The notes: generated by a model from the letters alone, not told the origin. Counted from the first letter of the stretch, positions 8,320-16,045 are shown. The stretch is 32,000 nucleotides of DNA from an uncultured Actinomycetes bacterium (GCA_963843975.1 CAWJMG010000003.1:240001-272000); one strand, 5' to 3'. Program-made: numbers and translations.

Positions 8320-9318
8320 TCAGCCGGACGAGAGGTCGTTCCCCCGTTTGGCCTCGAAGAGCGCGTGGTCAGCGCGGGCAAGGGCGACGTACAGGTCCTC
8401 GCCGGGGCGCCAGGAGTCGAGGCCGATGCTCCACTGCGATCCGCAGCGGCGCCGCACCCGGCTGACGAGCTCGTCCGCCTCGGCCGGTGTGGCGCCTGGA
8501 AGCACGAGCGCGAACTCGTCGCCGCCGAATCTCGCCATGACGTCGCCGTGACGCAGCTCGACCTCCCAGCACCGGGCCACGCACACGAGCTCCTCGTCGC
8601 CCGCGAGGTGCCCGTAGTGATCGTTGAAGCCCTTGAAGTCGTCCATGTCGAGCAGGCCCACGGTCACCGCGCCGCCGCTACGACGTGCCGAGGCCGCGGC
8701 CAGCGGTGCCACGAGCTCGAGGCCACGTCGGTTGAAGGCGCCGGTCAGCGAGTCGTGCAGGGCCTGGTTGCGCAGGCGTTCGGCCAGCTGAGACACCATC
8801 GCGGACACGCCGATGATCACGCACGACACCACGAGGAAGTCGATGGGCGTGTCGAGCTGCCTGTTCACGGCCACGGCCAGGCCGTATCCCGCGATGAGCA
8901 CCGCGAGGTGCACGGCGACGAGTCGCGGCGGGCGATAGCTGGCGGCGAAGACCCCGAGGAGCACCAGCCCGATCCCGATGAGCACCTGCCCCTGGGCCGT
9001 CGGCACGAGCAGGACGCCGCCGCACGCGATGAGGGCGCCGAAGGCGATGCTCAGGTCGAGCCCGACCGAGCCACGGGGTCGGGGCGCTAGGAACCGGGTC
9101 ACGGCCGCGGCCACGAGCAGGGCGATCCCCGACCCGAGGTCGTAGCCGCGCAGGGGGTCGGCGGTGTTCGGTGCCACGCTGAACAGCAGCGACGCGAGGC
9201 CGCCCACGAGCCAGATGAGGGCGAGGATGCGGTACGGCGCCAGCCGCTCGGCCGCCGAGATGGCTGACGTGGACCTGTTGGCGAGCGCACGGCCGGGGCC
9301 GTCGCCCCGTTCCGACAT
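8320..9318 (-). CDS. membrane-anchored diguanylate cyclase (TM + GGDEF), paralog 3
   Basis: 332 aa with ATG at 9318. Motifs: DSLTGAFNRRGLE, DMDDFKGFNDHYGHLAGD, RHGD I-site and RFGGDEF (8512-8526). Confidence 0.9.
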   Translation of the reverse strand: MSERGDGPGRALANRSTSAISAAERLAPYRILALIWLVGGLASLLFSVAPNTADPLRGYDLGSGIALLVAAAVTRFLAPRPRGSVGLDLSIAFGALIACGGVLLVPTAQGQVLIGIGLVLLGVFAASYRPPRLVAVHLAVLIAGYGLAVAVNRQLDTPIDFLVVSCVIIGVSAMVSQLAERLRNQALHDSLTGAFNRRGLELVAPLAAASARRSGGAVTVGLLDMDDFKGFNDHYGHLAGDEELVCVARCWEVELRHGDVMARFGGDEFALVLPGATPAEADELVSRVRRRCGSQWSIGLDSWRPGEDLYVALARADHALFEAKRGNDLSSG

Positions 9319-9380
9319 GGCCCCACGCTAGGGCGTGCGCAGGGCCGGAGTCGCGGTCAGCGGACGCCGTCCCTGGCGCT

Positions 9381-11567
9381 GTGGACGCGTCGTGCGGCGG
9401 CGCCCTCCGGGGCTGGTTGGATCAGGGGGTGAGCACCCCCGACGACCAGGCGCCGACGTCTGCCGACGACGCTGCCGAGCCCGCGGTCGTCGAGCGCGGG
9501 CCGACCGTCACCCGGCCGAAGAAGGCCAAGCCCCCGCGCGCCGAGCTGTCGGTGGCCGACGGTCTGGCCGCCGCCGTGGGCGGGCTCGACGGCGAGGGCG
9601 AGGACCGTCCCGGGCAGGTCCAGATGGCGCAGGCCGTGGCCTCCGCGCTCAGCGGTGCGGGGCACCTGCTCGTGCAGGCGGGCACGGGCACCGGCAAGTC
9701 CCTGGCCTACCTCGTGCCCGCGATCCTGCACGCAACCTCGCCGGAGCGGCGGGTCGTCGTCGCAACCGCCACGCTCGCGCTGCAGCACCAGCTGGTCAGC
9801 CGCGACCTCCCGCGCCTCGCCGACTCGCTCGAGCCCGTGCTGGGGCGGCGTCCGACGTACGCCGTGCTCAAGGGTCGGCACAACTACGTGTGCCTCGACC
9901 GGCTGAACCGCGGCGCGACCGACCGCGAGGACTCCGACGACGACGCCCTCTTCGCCGCACCGACCACGCCGCTCGGCCAGCAGGCGAAGGCGCTTCGCGA
10001 GTGGACGGACGACACCGAGACGGGCGACCGCGACGACCTGCCGTTCCCCGTCGACGGCCGCGTGTGGCGGTCGGTGTCGGTGAGCGGGCGCGAGTGCGTC
10101 GGTGCGGCCAAGTGCGTGTACGGCGACGACTGCTTCGCCGAGGCCGCACGCGCCAAGGCGGCGGCGTCGCAGGTGGTCGTCACCAACCACGCGATGCTCG
10201 CGATCCACGCGCTCGACAACGTACCCGTGCTGCCCGAGCACGACGCCGTGGTGATCGACGAGGGTCACGAGCTCGTCGACCGCGCGACGGCCGCGGTGTC
10301 GTCCGAGCTGTCGGAGCCGCTGATCGAGCGGGCCGTGCAGCGCACGCGTCGCCTAGTCGACGCAGACCTTGCCGACCGGCTCGACTCCGCCGCCGAGGCG
10401 CTGGGGATCGAGCTGTCGCGGCGTGCGGCGGACTCGGCCGGCACGGTGCGGGTCGAGGAGGTCACGGGCTCGCTGCTGCTGGCGCTCGCGTCGGTGCGCG
10501 ACACCACTCACGCGGCGATCACGGCGCTGAACGCCGACATGAACTCCTCCAAGGACGACCCCGAGAAGGCCGCGACCAACACGCGTGCCCGAGGCCTGCT
10601 CTCCGAGATCCACGACGTCGCCGGCGCGCTGCTGTCGATGGACGACGAGGACGTCGTGTGGATCGACTCCGGAGACAGGCGCGCGCCGGTGCTCAAGCTC
10701 GCGCCGCTGTCGGTGGCGGGGCTGCTCCGCACTCAGCTCTTCGACACCTCGCGCGTGGTCGTCACGTCGGCCACGCTGCAGCTCGGTGGATCGTTCGAGC
10801 CGGTCGCGCGCTCGTTCGGCCTCCCGCTCGACGGCACGTCGTCGGCCGACGGCGCGTGGACCTCGCTCGACGTCGGATCGCCGTTCGACCATGCGCGCCA
10901 AGGGATCCTGTACGTCGCCACTCGCGTGCCGCCGCCTGGCCGCGGCGGCACGGACGACGCGGCGATGGAGGAGCTGGCCGACCTGATCGGCGCGGCGGGT
11001 GGTCGCACGTTGGCCCTGTTCTCGTCGTGGCGCGGCGTCGAGAAGGCCGAGGAGAAGCTCGCCGAGCTCCTGCCCGATCGGCTGCTCGACCGCCAGATCG
11101 TGCCGCTCGACGTCCCCGTCTACGTGCAGAAGCGCGGCGACTCCGTGGCCGATCTGGTGTCGCGATTCTCCTCGCACCCTCGCTCCGTCCTGCTGGGCAC
11201 TCTGTCGCTGTGGCAGGGCGTCGACGTGCCGGGGGAGGCCTGCCACCTCGTGGTGATCGACCGCATCCCATTCCCCCGGCCGGACGACCCGCTGGTGTCC
11301 GCGCGATCGCGCTTCGCCGAGGAGCACGGCTCGAACGGCTTCACCGCCGTGTCGGTGCCGCGCGCCGCGCTGCTGCTCGCGCAGGGCGTGGGTCGGCTGA
11401 TCCGAACCTCGTCCGACCGCGGTGTCGTCGCGGTGCTCGACCCGCGGCTGGCGACGTCCGGCTACGGCCCCTACCTGCGCAAGAGCCTGCCGCCGTTCTG
11501 GTTCACGACCGACGGCGATCTCGTGCGCCAGAGCCTGACCCGCCTCGACGAGCTCGCCTCGGGCTGA
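9381..11567 (+). CDS. dinG: ATP-dependent DinG/XPD-like helicase (Fe-S cluster type)
   Basis: Motifs: Walker A QAGTGTGKSLAYL, DEGH box (VVIDEGHEL), four Cys (YVC, ECVGAAKC, DDC) typical of the XPD/DinG Fe-S domain, and C-terminal motifs SATL and QGVGRLIR. The start is uncertain; GTG 9428 is an alternative. Confidence 0.85.
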   Translation: MDASCGGALRGWLDQGVSTPDDQAPTSADDAAEPAVVERGPTVTRPKKAKPPRAELSVADGLAAAVGGLDGEGEDRPGQVQMAQAVASALSGAGHLLVQAGTGTGKSLAYLVPAILHATSPERRVVVATATLALQHQLVSRDLPRLADSLEPVLGRRPTYAVLKGRHNYVCLDRLNRGATDREDSDDDALFAAPTTPLGQQAKALREWTDDTETGDRDDLPFPVDGRVWRSVSVSGRECVGAAKCVYGDDCFAEAARAKAAASQVVVTNHAMLAIHALDNVPVLPEHDAVVIDEGHELVDRATAAVSSELSEPLIERAVQRTRRLVDADLADRLDSAAEALGIELSRRAADSAGTVRVEEVTGSLLLALASVRDTTHAAITALNADMNSSKDDPEKAATNTRARGLLSEIHDVAGALLSMDDEDVVWIDSGDRRAPVLKLAPLSVAGLLRTQLFDTSRVVVTSATLQLGGSFEPVARSFGLPLDGTSSADGAWTSLDVGSPFDHARQGILYVATRVPPPGRGGTDDAAMEELADLIGAAGGRTLALFSSWRGVEKAEEKLAELLPDRLLDRQIVPLDVPVYVQKRGDSVADLVSRFSSHPRSVLLGTLSLWQGVDVPGEACHLVVIDRIPFPRPDDPLVSARSRFAEEHGSNGFTAVSVPRAALLLAQGVGRLIRTSSDRGVVAVLDPRLATSGYGPYLRKSLPPFWFTTDGDLVRQSLTRLDELASG

Positions 11568-11802
11568 TCGCTCGTCTGCTCGCTCCGCCACGATGCTTCA
11601 GGGGTGCATCTGTCGCCTCCGGATCCGTCCCCGGCACGGATTCGACAGCCCGGTCGACGTTGTTCGGGCGCGGCGAGGCCGAGGTGTCCGGTGTGCGGTC
11701 GATGTGGGACGGATGTGCCCCACGGGGTTTGCACCCAGCGTGACCGGGGAGCACCAGGGAGTACGGCGGCGCAGGCCGCCACTTCGTACCCCAGGAGTTC
11801 CC

Positions 11803-12774
11803 ATGACGTACCAGCCCGAGCGAGACGGATACAGCGTCGCCCGTACGAGTGCTGACGGCAGCACCTCGACGAAGGACGACCGTCCCGTGGTGGTCGAGGA
11901 CGACGGCGCCATGCGCAACGCGGACGACACGGCGACCACCGACGGCACCCGCAGCGCGGACGAGGGGTTCCTCGTCGACGACACCCGCACCGACCGTCGG
12001 CGCGGCGACGTCCGCCAGGACGACGAGCACCTGTCCGACGCCGACACCGCGCGCATCGCCCAGGGCGAGACCATCGACGGCCGGCACGCGCGTGCGGCCG
12101 ACGCCGAGGATGCGCACGTCGTCGTCGCGGACGACCCGCGCGCTGTCCGAGGTCGCCGCGTCGACACCGTGGACACGCAGATGGCTCCCGCAGCGGTCGT
12201 CGCACGCGAGAGGGCGGCGTACGGCGGCGTGAAGTGGGGGTCGGCGTTCTTCGGCTGGCTCAGCGCGATGGGGCTCGCGGTCGTCCTGACCGGCCTCGTC
12301 GCTGGTGCCGGCACGGCGCTGGGACTCGCGAACGACGTGTCCGCGTCCGACGTCGTGGGCGACGTCGCCAGCGGCAACGCCTCCACCATCGGCATCGCCG
12401 GCGCGATCGCGGTGCTGCTGATCATCCTCGTGTCGTACTACGCCGGCGGGTACGTCGCCGGCCGCATGGCCCGCTTCGACGGCGCCCGTCAGGGCTTTGC
12501 CGTGTGGCTGTGGTCGATCCTGATCGCTCTGGTCGTCGGTCTCGTAGCGCTCGTGGCGGGCGACCAGTACGACGTGCTCGGCAACCTCAACGCGTTCCCG
12601 CGCTTCCCGACGAGCTTCTCGAGCCTCAGCGCCGCTGGCCTCATCGCGCTGCTGGCCACCGTGGTCGTCAGCCTGCTCGGCGCGATCCTCGGCGGCCTCG
12701 CCGGGATGGGCTTCCACCGCAAGGTGGACGCGGCGGCCTTCGGCCCCGAGCGGCGGGTCGAGCTTCCCGCCTGA
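11803..12774 (+). CDS. membrane protein with an acidic disordered N-terminus and about 4 C-terminal TM helices (323 aa)
   Basis: This is an internal ATG 11803 of ORF 11593..12774, preceded by CAGGAG. High GC3. The C-terminal half is hydrophobic (GVKWGSAFFGWLSAMGLAVVLTGLVAGAG...). No family is recognised. Confidence 0.6.
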   Translation: MTYQPERDGYSVARTSADGSTSTKDDRPVVVEDDGAMRNADDTATTDGTRSADEGFLVDDTRTDRRRGDVRQDDEHLSDADTARIAQGETIDGRHARAADAEDAHVVVADDPRAVRGRRVDTVDTQMAPAAVVARERAAYGGVKWGSAFFGWLSAMGLAVVLTGLVAGAGTALGLANDVSASDVVGDVASGNASTIGIAGAIAVLLIILVSYYAGGYVAGRMARFDGARQGFAVWLWSILIALVVGLVALVAGDQYDVLGNLNAFPRFPTSFSSLSAAGLIALLATVVVSLLGAILGGLAGMGFHRKVDAAAFGPERRVELPA

Positions 12775-12871
12775 CGAAGCTCACCGGCCCCCGCGGCCGG
12801 TGGGTCTGGCACCACGGCGCGGTTCGTCCCCCTCTCGCATCGCGCCGTGCCCGCTTCGCCAGACCGCACGG

Positions 12872-12909
12872 CTGAGGGCCGTGGACCGTCAGTGGTCCAC
12901 GGCCCTCAG
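12872..12909 (+). terminator. perfect 16-bp hairpin downstream of 11803..12774
   Basis: CTGAGGGCCGTGGACC (12872-12887), loop GTCAGT, GGTCCACGGCCCTCAG (12894-12909). It shares the core GAGGGCCGTGGA...TCCACGGCCCTC with the hairpin at 14591-14630. Confidence 0.6.
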
Positions 12910-13056
12910 CGCGTCGAGGGTCTGCGGAGCCGTCGCTTCCCGGGCCGAAGCGCGAGCTGACAGCAACTGGGTGCGCTGCTGACGTTCGTCGAAGCGGGTG
13001 GCGGTCTGGCTTTGGCTTTGCGCCGCAGGGTCGTTGCCGCTGGCAGCGGCGTACGG

Positions 13057-13269
13057 CTACTCGTCGAAGAAGAAGATGTCCTCGAGGGTGACGCCGAAGA
13101 CGCGCGAGATGCGGAAGGCGACCTCGAGCGAGGGGGAGTACTTGCCGGCCTCGGTCGCGTTGATCGTCTGACGCGTGACGCCGACGAGATCGGCGAGCTC
13201 TCCCTGGCTCATGCCCACCTCCGCGCGGTGCTCGCGGATGGAGTTGGTGACGACCGTGGGCCTGCCCAT
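13057..13269 (-). CDS. XRE-family helix-turn-helix transcriptional regulator (70 aa)
   Basis: This is an internal ATG 13269 of ORF 13057..13449. The translation MGRPTVVTNSIREHRAEVGMSQGELADLVGVTRQTINATEAGKYSPSLEVAFRISRVF is a classic Cro/C1 HTH. It begins 2 nt after the stop of the upstream membrane gene. Confidence 0.85.
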   Translation of the reverse strand: MGRPTVVTNSIREHRAEVGMSQGELADLVGVTRQTINATEAGKYSPSLEVAFRISRVFGVTLEDIFFFDE

Positions 13270-13271
13270 GC

Positions 13272-13694
13272 TCAGGCTCCCCCGCGGAAGAGCACGAGCT
13301 TCCAGATGCCGGCGAACACCTCGGCGAGCACCCACATCCCCGCCAGGACGTTGGCGATCCAGAACCACGGCACCTCGGCCCACGCGAGGGTGAGCACGAC
13401 GAACGCCGCCGTCGCGAGCACGTAGCCGCCGGCGGTCTGGCCGCGCCACTCGATGAGCTTCTCCCGCTCGTCGTGCTTCGCCTGCGCGTCCTTGGGCTGC
13501 GCGATCGCCGCCACGATGTGCCCGCCGGCCGTGAGCAGGATGAGGATGACGACCATCCCGATCATCAGCGGCTGGTACGGGATGTCGCCCACCGCCTTGC
13601 CGCGCGCCACAGGGATCAGCAGTGCGACGTACCCCAGTGCCGTGACCAGCAGCGCAACGATCGTGATGAGGATGCTCTTCTCGCGGAACGACAT
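13272..13694 (-). CDS. small membrane protein (140 aa, 4 TM), DUF2178-like partner of the XRE regulator
   Basis: The translation is hydrophobic with 4 predicted helices. RBS GGAG precedes ATG 13694. The pairing of a short HTH with a small 4-TM protein is a recurrent two-gene arrangement. Confidence 0.7.
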   Translation of the reverse strand: MSFREKSILITIVALLVTALGYVALLIPVARGKAVGDIPYQPLMIGMVVILILLTAGGHIVAAIAQPKDAQAKHDEREKLIEWRGQTAGGYVLATAAFVVLTLAWAEVPWFWIANVLAGMWVLAEVFAGIWKLVLFRGGA

Positions 13695-13704
13695 CGGTGA
13701 CTCC

Positions 13705-13749
13705 TGTCTAAAATCTTTGACAGGCCGAGGCTGTCAAAGATTTTAGACA
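13705..13749. promoter_or_regulatory. AT-rich perfect 19-bp inverted repeat (operator/promoter) directly upstream of the membrane/XRE operon
   Basis: TGTCTAAAATCTTTGACAG (13705-13723), spacer GCCGAGG, CTGTCAAAGATTTTAGACA (13731-13749). Each arm contains TTGACA. On the minus strand, TTGACA lies 17-18 nt upstream of ATTTTA/TTTTAG, which ends about 16 nt before ATG 13694. Confidence 0.6.
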
Positions 13750-13799
13750 GTGTCAACCGACGCCCCGCAGTCGGTTGATGCGACGGCGGCGGAGCAGGG

Positions 13800-13854
13800 C
13801 TGCGAATCCGTCGTCTCCCACGGGGTTTCGGGTCGGGAGACGACGGATTCGCAG
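13800..13854. repeat. 20-bp-stem palindromic element, copy 1 (downstream of hsp20; likely its terminator)
   Basis: CTGCGAATCCGTCGTCTCCC (13800-13819), 15-nt loop, GGGAGACGACGGATTCGCAG (13835-13854). The stem is perfect. It is a paralog of 14502-14561. Confidence 0.65.
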
Positions 13855-13873
13855 ACGGTGGTGCCGACACGGC

Positions 13874-14341
13874 TCAGGTGGCGGTGACCTGTGGTGCGTC
13901 GACGTGGCCGGCGACGACCTTGGCGTCGTCCTTCACGGCGATCTCGATGCGACGCGGCTTGGCCTTCTCCGCCACCGGGATCGTCACCGTGAGCACGCCG
14001 TTCTCGTACGTCGCGGAGATGCCGTCGGTGTCGATGCCCTCGCCGAGGGAGAGCTGGCGCATGTAGCTGCCGGTGAAGCGCTCGCTCGAGAGCCACTCGA
14101 CCGACTCCTCGGTGCGGCCGCTGCGCTCGGCGCGGATGGTGAGGGTGCCGTTGTCCACGTGGACGTCGACGGAGCCCGGGTCGACGCCGGGGAGATCGGC
14201 GTGCAGGACGTAGTGGTCGCCGGACCGGTACAGGTCCATCGGCATGAAGCGCGGTGCGCGCGGGGAGCCTGCAGGGACTCCGAGCATCTGCTCGGTCAGC
14301 CTGTCCAGGTCGCGGAACGGGTCGAAGCGGAGCACGGTCAT
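13874..14341 (-). CDS. Hsp20/alpha-crystallin family small heat-shock protein (155 aa)
   Basis: This is an internal ATG 14341 of ORF 13874..14371, preceded by AAGGAGG at 7-nt spacing. The alpha-crystallin domain reads MDLYRSGDHYVLHADLPGVDPGSVDVHVDNGTLTIRAER...GVLTVTIPV. Confidence 0.9.
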   Translation of the reverse strand: MTVLRFDPFRDLDRLTEQMLGVPAGSPRAPRFMPMDLYRSGDHYVLHADLPGVDPGSVDVHVDNGTLTIRAERSGRTEESVEWLSSERFTGSYMRQLSLGEGIDTDGISATYENGVLTVTIPVAEKAKPRRIEIAVKDDAKVVAGHVDAPQVTAT

Positions 14342-14410
14342 GGTGACCTCCTTGGGCGCTGTTCGTGCCACCCCACCACCGCGGTGAGGCGGCTCCGTGC
14401 GGCACCCAGA

Positions 14411-14437
14411 TTAGCAACCCACCCCGGCGAGTGCCAA
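14411..14437. promoter_or_regulatory. CIRCE-like inverted repeat upstream of hsp20 (candidate HrcA operator)
   Basis: TTAGCAACC-N9-GAGTGCCAA compared with the CIRCE consensus TTAGCACTC-N9-GAGTGCTAA: 15 of 18 positions match and the N9 spacing is correct. It lies 70-96 nt upstream of ATG 14341. Confidence 0.35.
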
Positions 14438-14501
14438 GTCGTACGTCGCCGGTGATCCCGTGCAGCACACCAGGTCTCGGTCGGCTCGGCGTGTGCCTTC
14501 G

Positions 14502-14561
14502 GTCTGTGAATCTGTCGCTTCCCGGCCCCCTGCGGGCGGGGGAAACGACAGATTCACAGAC
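14502..14561. repeat. palindromic element, copy 2 (upstream of hsp20)
   Basis: GTCTGTGAATCTGTCG (14502-14517) pairs with CGACAGATTCACAGAC (14546-14561), and the inner GC-rich segment is partly paired. It has the same orientation and about 80% identity to copy 1, with compensatory transitions in both arms. Confidence 0.65.
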
Positions 14562-14590
14562 GATGGCGGCTACGACGGCTGGCGGCACAG

Positions 14591-14630
14591 GACGAGGGCC
14601 GTGGATCCGGGTGGATCCACGGCCCTCGTC
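14591..14630 (-). terminator. perfect 18-bp hairpin downstream of lexA
   Basis: GACGAGGGCCGTGGATCC (14591-14608), loop GGGT, GGATCCACGGCCCTCGTC (14613-14630). It lies 35 nt after the lexA stop (14665). Confidence 0.6.
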
Positions 14631-14664
14631 GTACGAAGCGGGAGGCTTCGTGGTCTGGCGGGTT

Positions 14665-15381
14665 CTAGAGGCGGCGCAGCACCGCGACGACCTTGCCGAC
14701 GATGCGGGCGTGGTCGCCGTCTATGGGGGAGAAGTCCTTGTTGGCCGGCAGCAGCTTCACGTGGCCGTTCTTGCGCTGGAACGTCTTCACGGTCGCCTCG
14801 TCGTCGAGCATCGCGGCCACGATGTCGCCGTTGGCGGCGTCGGGCTGCGAGCGGACGACGACCCAGTCGCCGTCGCAGATCGCGGCCTCGATCATCGACT
14901 CGCCGACGACCTTGAGCAGGAAGAGCTCGCCGTCGCCCACGAGCGACTTCGGCAGCGGGAAGACCTCCTCGATCGCCTGCTCGGCGAGGATCGGCCCGCC
15001 GGCGGCGATGCGGCCGATCACCGGCACGTACGACGCCTCGGGCATGGAGTCGCCGATGTCGGTGATGTCGTGGCTCTCGTTGGGGTCGACGACCTCCATC
15101 GCGCGGGGCAGGCGCGGGTCGCGCCGGATGTAGCCCTTCTTCTCCAGCGCAGCGAGCTGGTGCGCCACCGACGACGGCGACGTGAGCCCGACCGCCTCGC
15201 CGATCTCGCGCATCGACGGCGGGTAGCCCCGCGTCTCGATCGCGGTGCGGATCATGTCGAGCACGATCCGCTGGCGGACGGTGAGGCCGTCGGCGTCGGG
15301 CAGGCCCTCGGGCACGGGGATCTCCACGACCTTGGGCCGCCCTGCCTTGCGCCGGGGTGCCGGGGTGTCGCTGGTGCTCAT
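14665..15381 (-). CDS. lexA: SOS repressor LexA
   Basis: This is an internal ATG 15381 of ORF 14665..15486. It has a winged-helix N-terminal domain ([32 protein letters not shown]), the AAGG cleavage site, and the catalytic GESM Ser and VKTF Lys. Confidence 0.95.
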   Translation of the reverse strand: MSTSDTPAPRRKAGRPKVVEIPVPEGLPDADGLTVRQRIVLDMIRTAIETRGYPPSMREIGEAVGLTSPSSVAHQLAALEKKGYIRRDPRLPRAMEVVDPNESHDITDIGDSMPEASYVPVIGRIAAGGPILAEQAIEEVFPLPKSLVGDGELFLLKVVGESMIEAAICDGDWVVVRSQPDAANGDIVAAMLDDEATVKTFQRKNGHVKLLPANKDFSPIDGDHARIVGKVVAVLRRL

Positions 15382-15540
15382 GAGATTCCCCTTCGGTTGC
15401 GGTGGAGCGTCTGGGTCGTGGCCGGGAGCGCCCACCAGCGCATCCCGACCGGACTGTCGGACCCCCTGCGCAGACTGCGGAAGCACGGGGAAACGAGCTT
15501 CCGAAGCCCTCCAGGGCGTCCGGGAGACACGCTAGCCCGT

Positions 15541-15569
15541 TCGAACACGCGTATCAAACATCTGTACGG
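15541..15569. promoter_or_regulatory. two overlapping weak SOS-box-like sites in the lexA upstream region
   Basis: TCGAACacgcGTATCA (15541-15556) and TCAAACatctGTACGG (15554-15569), compared with the actinobacterial LexA box TCGAAC-N4-GTTCGA. In each, one half-site is good and the other is degenerate. Confidence 0.35.
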
Positions 15570-15617
15570 AAATGCTCGACACGGCGTGTCTCGGATGCTA
15601 GAAATCATACAGACGTT

Positions 15618-15633
15618 CCGAACACCCGTTCGA
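15618..15633. promoter_or_regulatory. SOS box (LexA operator) in the lexA / LysM divergent intergenic region
   Basis: CCGAACacccGTTCGA matches TCGAAC-N4-GTTCGA at 11 of 12 specified positions. It lies 47 nt upstream of the LysM gene ATG 15680. Confidence 0.65.
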
Positions 15634-15679
15634 TCGCCCGGCTCCACCGCACAGCACCGCTCAGCTCCAGGAGGCAGAC

Positions 15680-16045
15680 ATGGCCACGATCTCGATCTCG
15701 GCTCCGGCGACCTACCGCCGCCCGGCATCCACCCCGTCGACCCCTGTCCGCCTCACCGCGCGCGGCCGCCGCCTCGCCCGTACGGCGATCGTGCTGCTCG
15801 CGCTGCTCACGGTCCTGGCCTTCGGCCTCGCCGGCCGGATGCCCGCCAGCGCAGGGGATTCCGCCGCCGTGCCGGCCACGGCCACGGTCGTCGTGCAGCC
15901 CGGCCAGTCGCTGTGGGGGATCGCTCAGAGCGTGGCTCCCAACGACGACGTCCGCGCCACGATCGAGCGGATCACGACGCTGAACAACCTCGACAGCACC
16001 ACGGTCGTCCCGGGCCAGCAGCTGATCGTCCCCGCGGCCGGCTGA
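15680..16045 (+). CDS. LysM-domain membrane protein, divergent from lexA (ChiZ/DivS-like candidate SOS-induced division inhibitor)
   Basis: RBS CAGGAGG precedes ATG 15680. The protein has an N-terminal basic segment, one TM (AIVLLALLTVLAFGLAG) and a C-terminal LysM domain (VVVQPGQSLWGIAQSV...TTLNNLDSTTVVPGQQLIVP). Its position matches that of Rv2719c next to lexA in mycobacteria. Confidence 0.85.
   Translation: MATISISAPATYRRPASTPSTPVRLTARGRRLARTAIVLLALLTVLAFGLAGRMPASAGDSAAVPATATVVVQPGQSLWGIAQSVAPNDDVRATIERITTLNNLDSTTVVPGQQLIVPAAG

Noticed and set aside
9335-11743. The 802-aa ORF (+) and the 412-aa ORF 10353..11591 (-), both overlapping the DinG-like gene.
   Set aside because: They are Arg-rich, low-complexity translations. 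The DinG frame carries the Walker A, DEGH, Fe-S cysteines and motif VI, so the others are shadow frames.
11718-13828. A shared 12-mer CCCACGGGGTTT (11718-11729 and 13817-13828), and a hairpin at 11610-11648 (CTGTCG..GGATCCGT...ACGGATTCGACAG) that looks like a third member of the hsp20-flanking element family.
   Set aside because: 12-mer coincidences are expected by chance in 32 kb of biased composition. The 11610-11648 hairpin shares only about 9 nt (ACGGATTCG) with the family and needs a bulge to pair. This is insufficient evidence without a genome-wide model.
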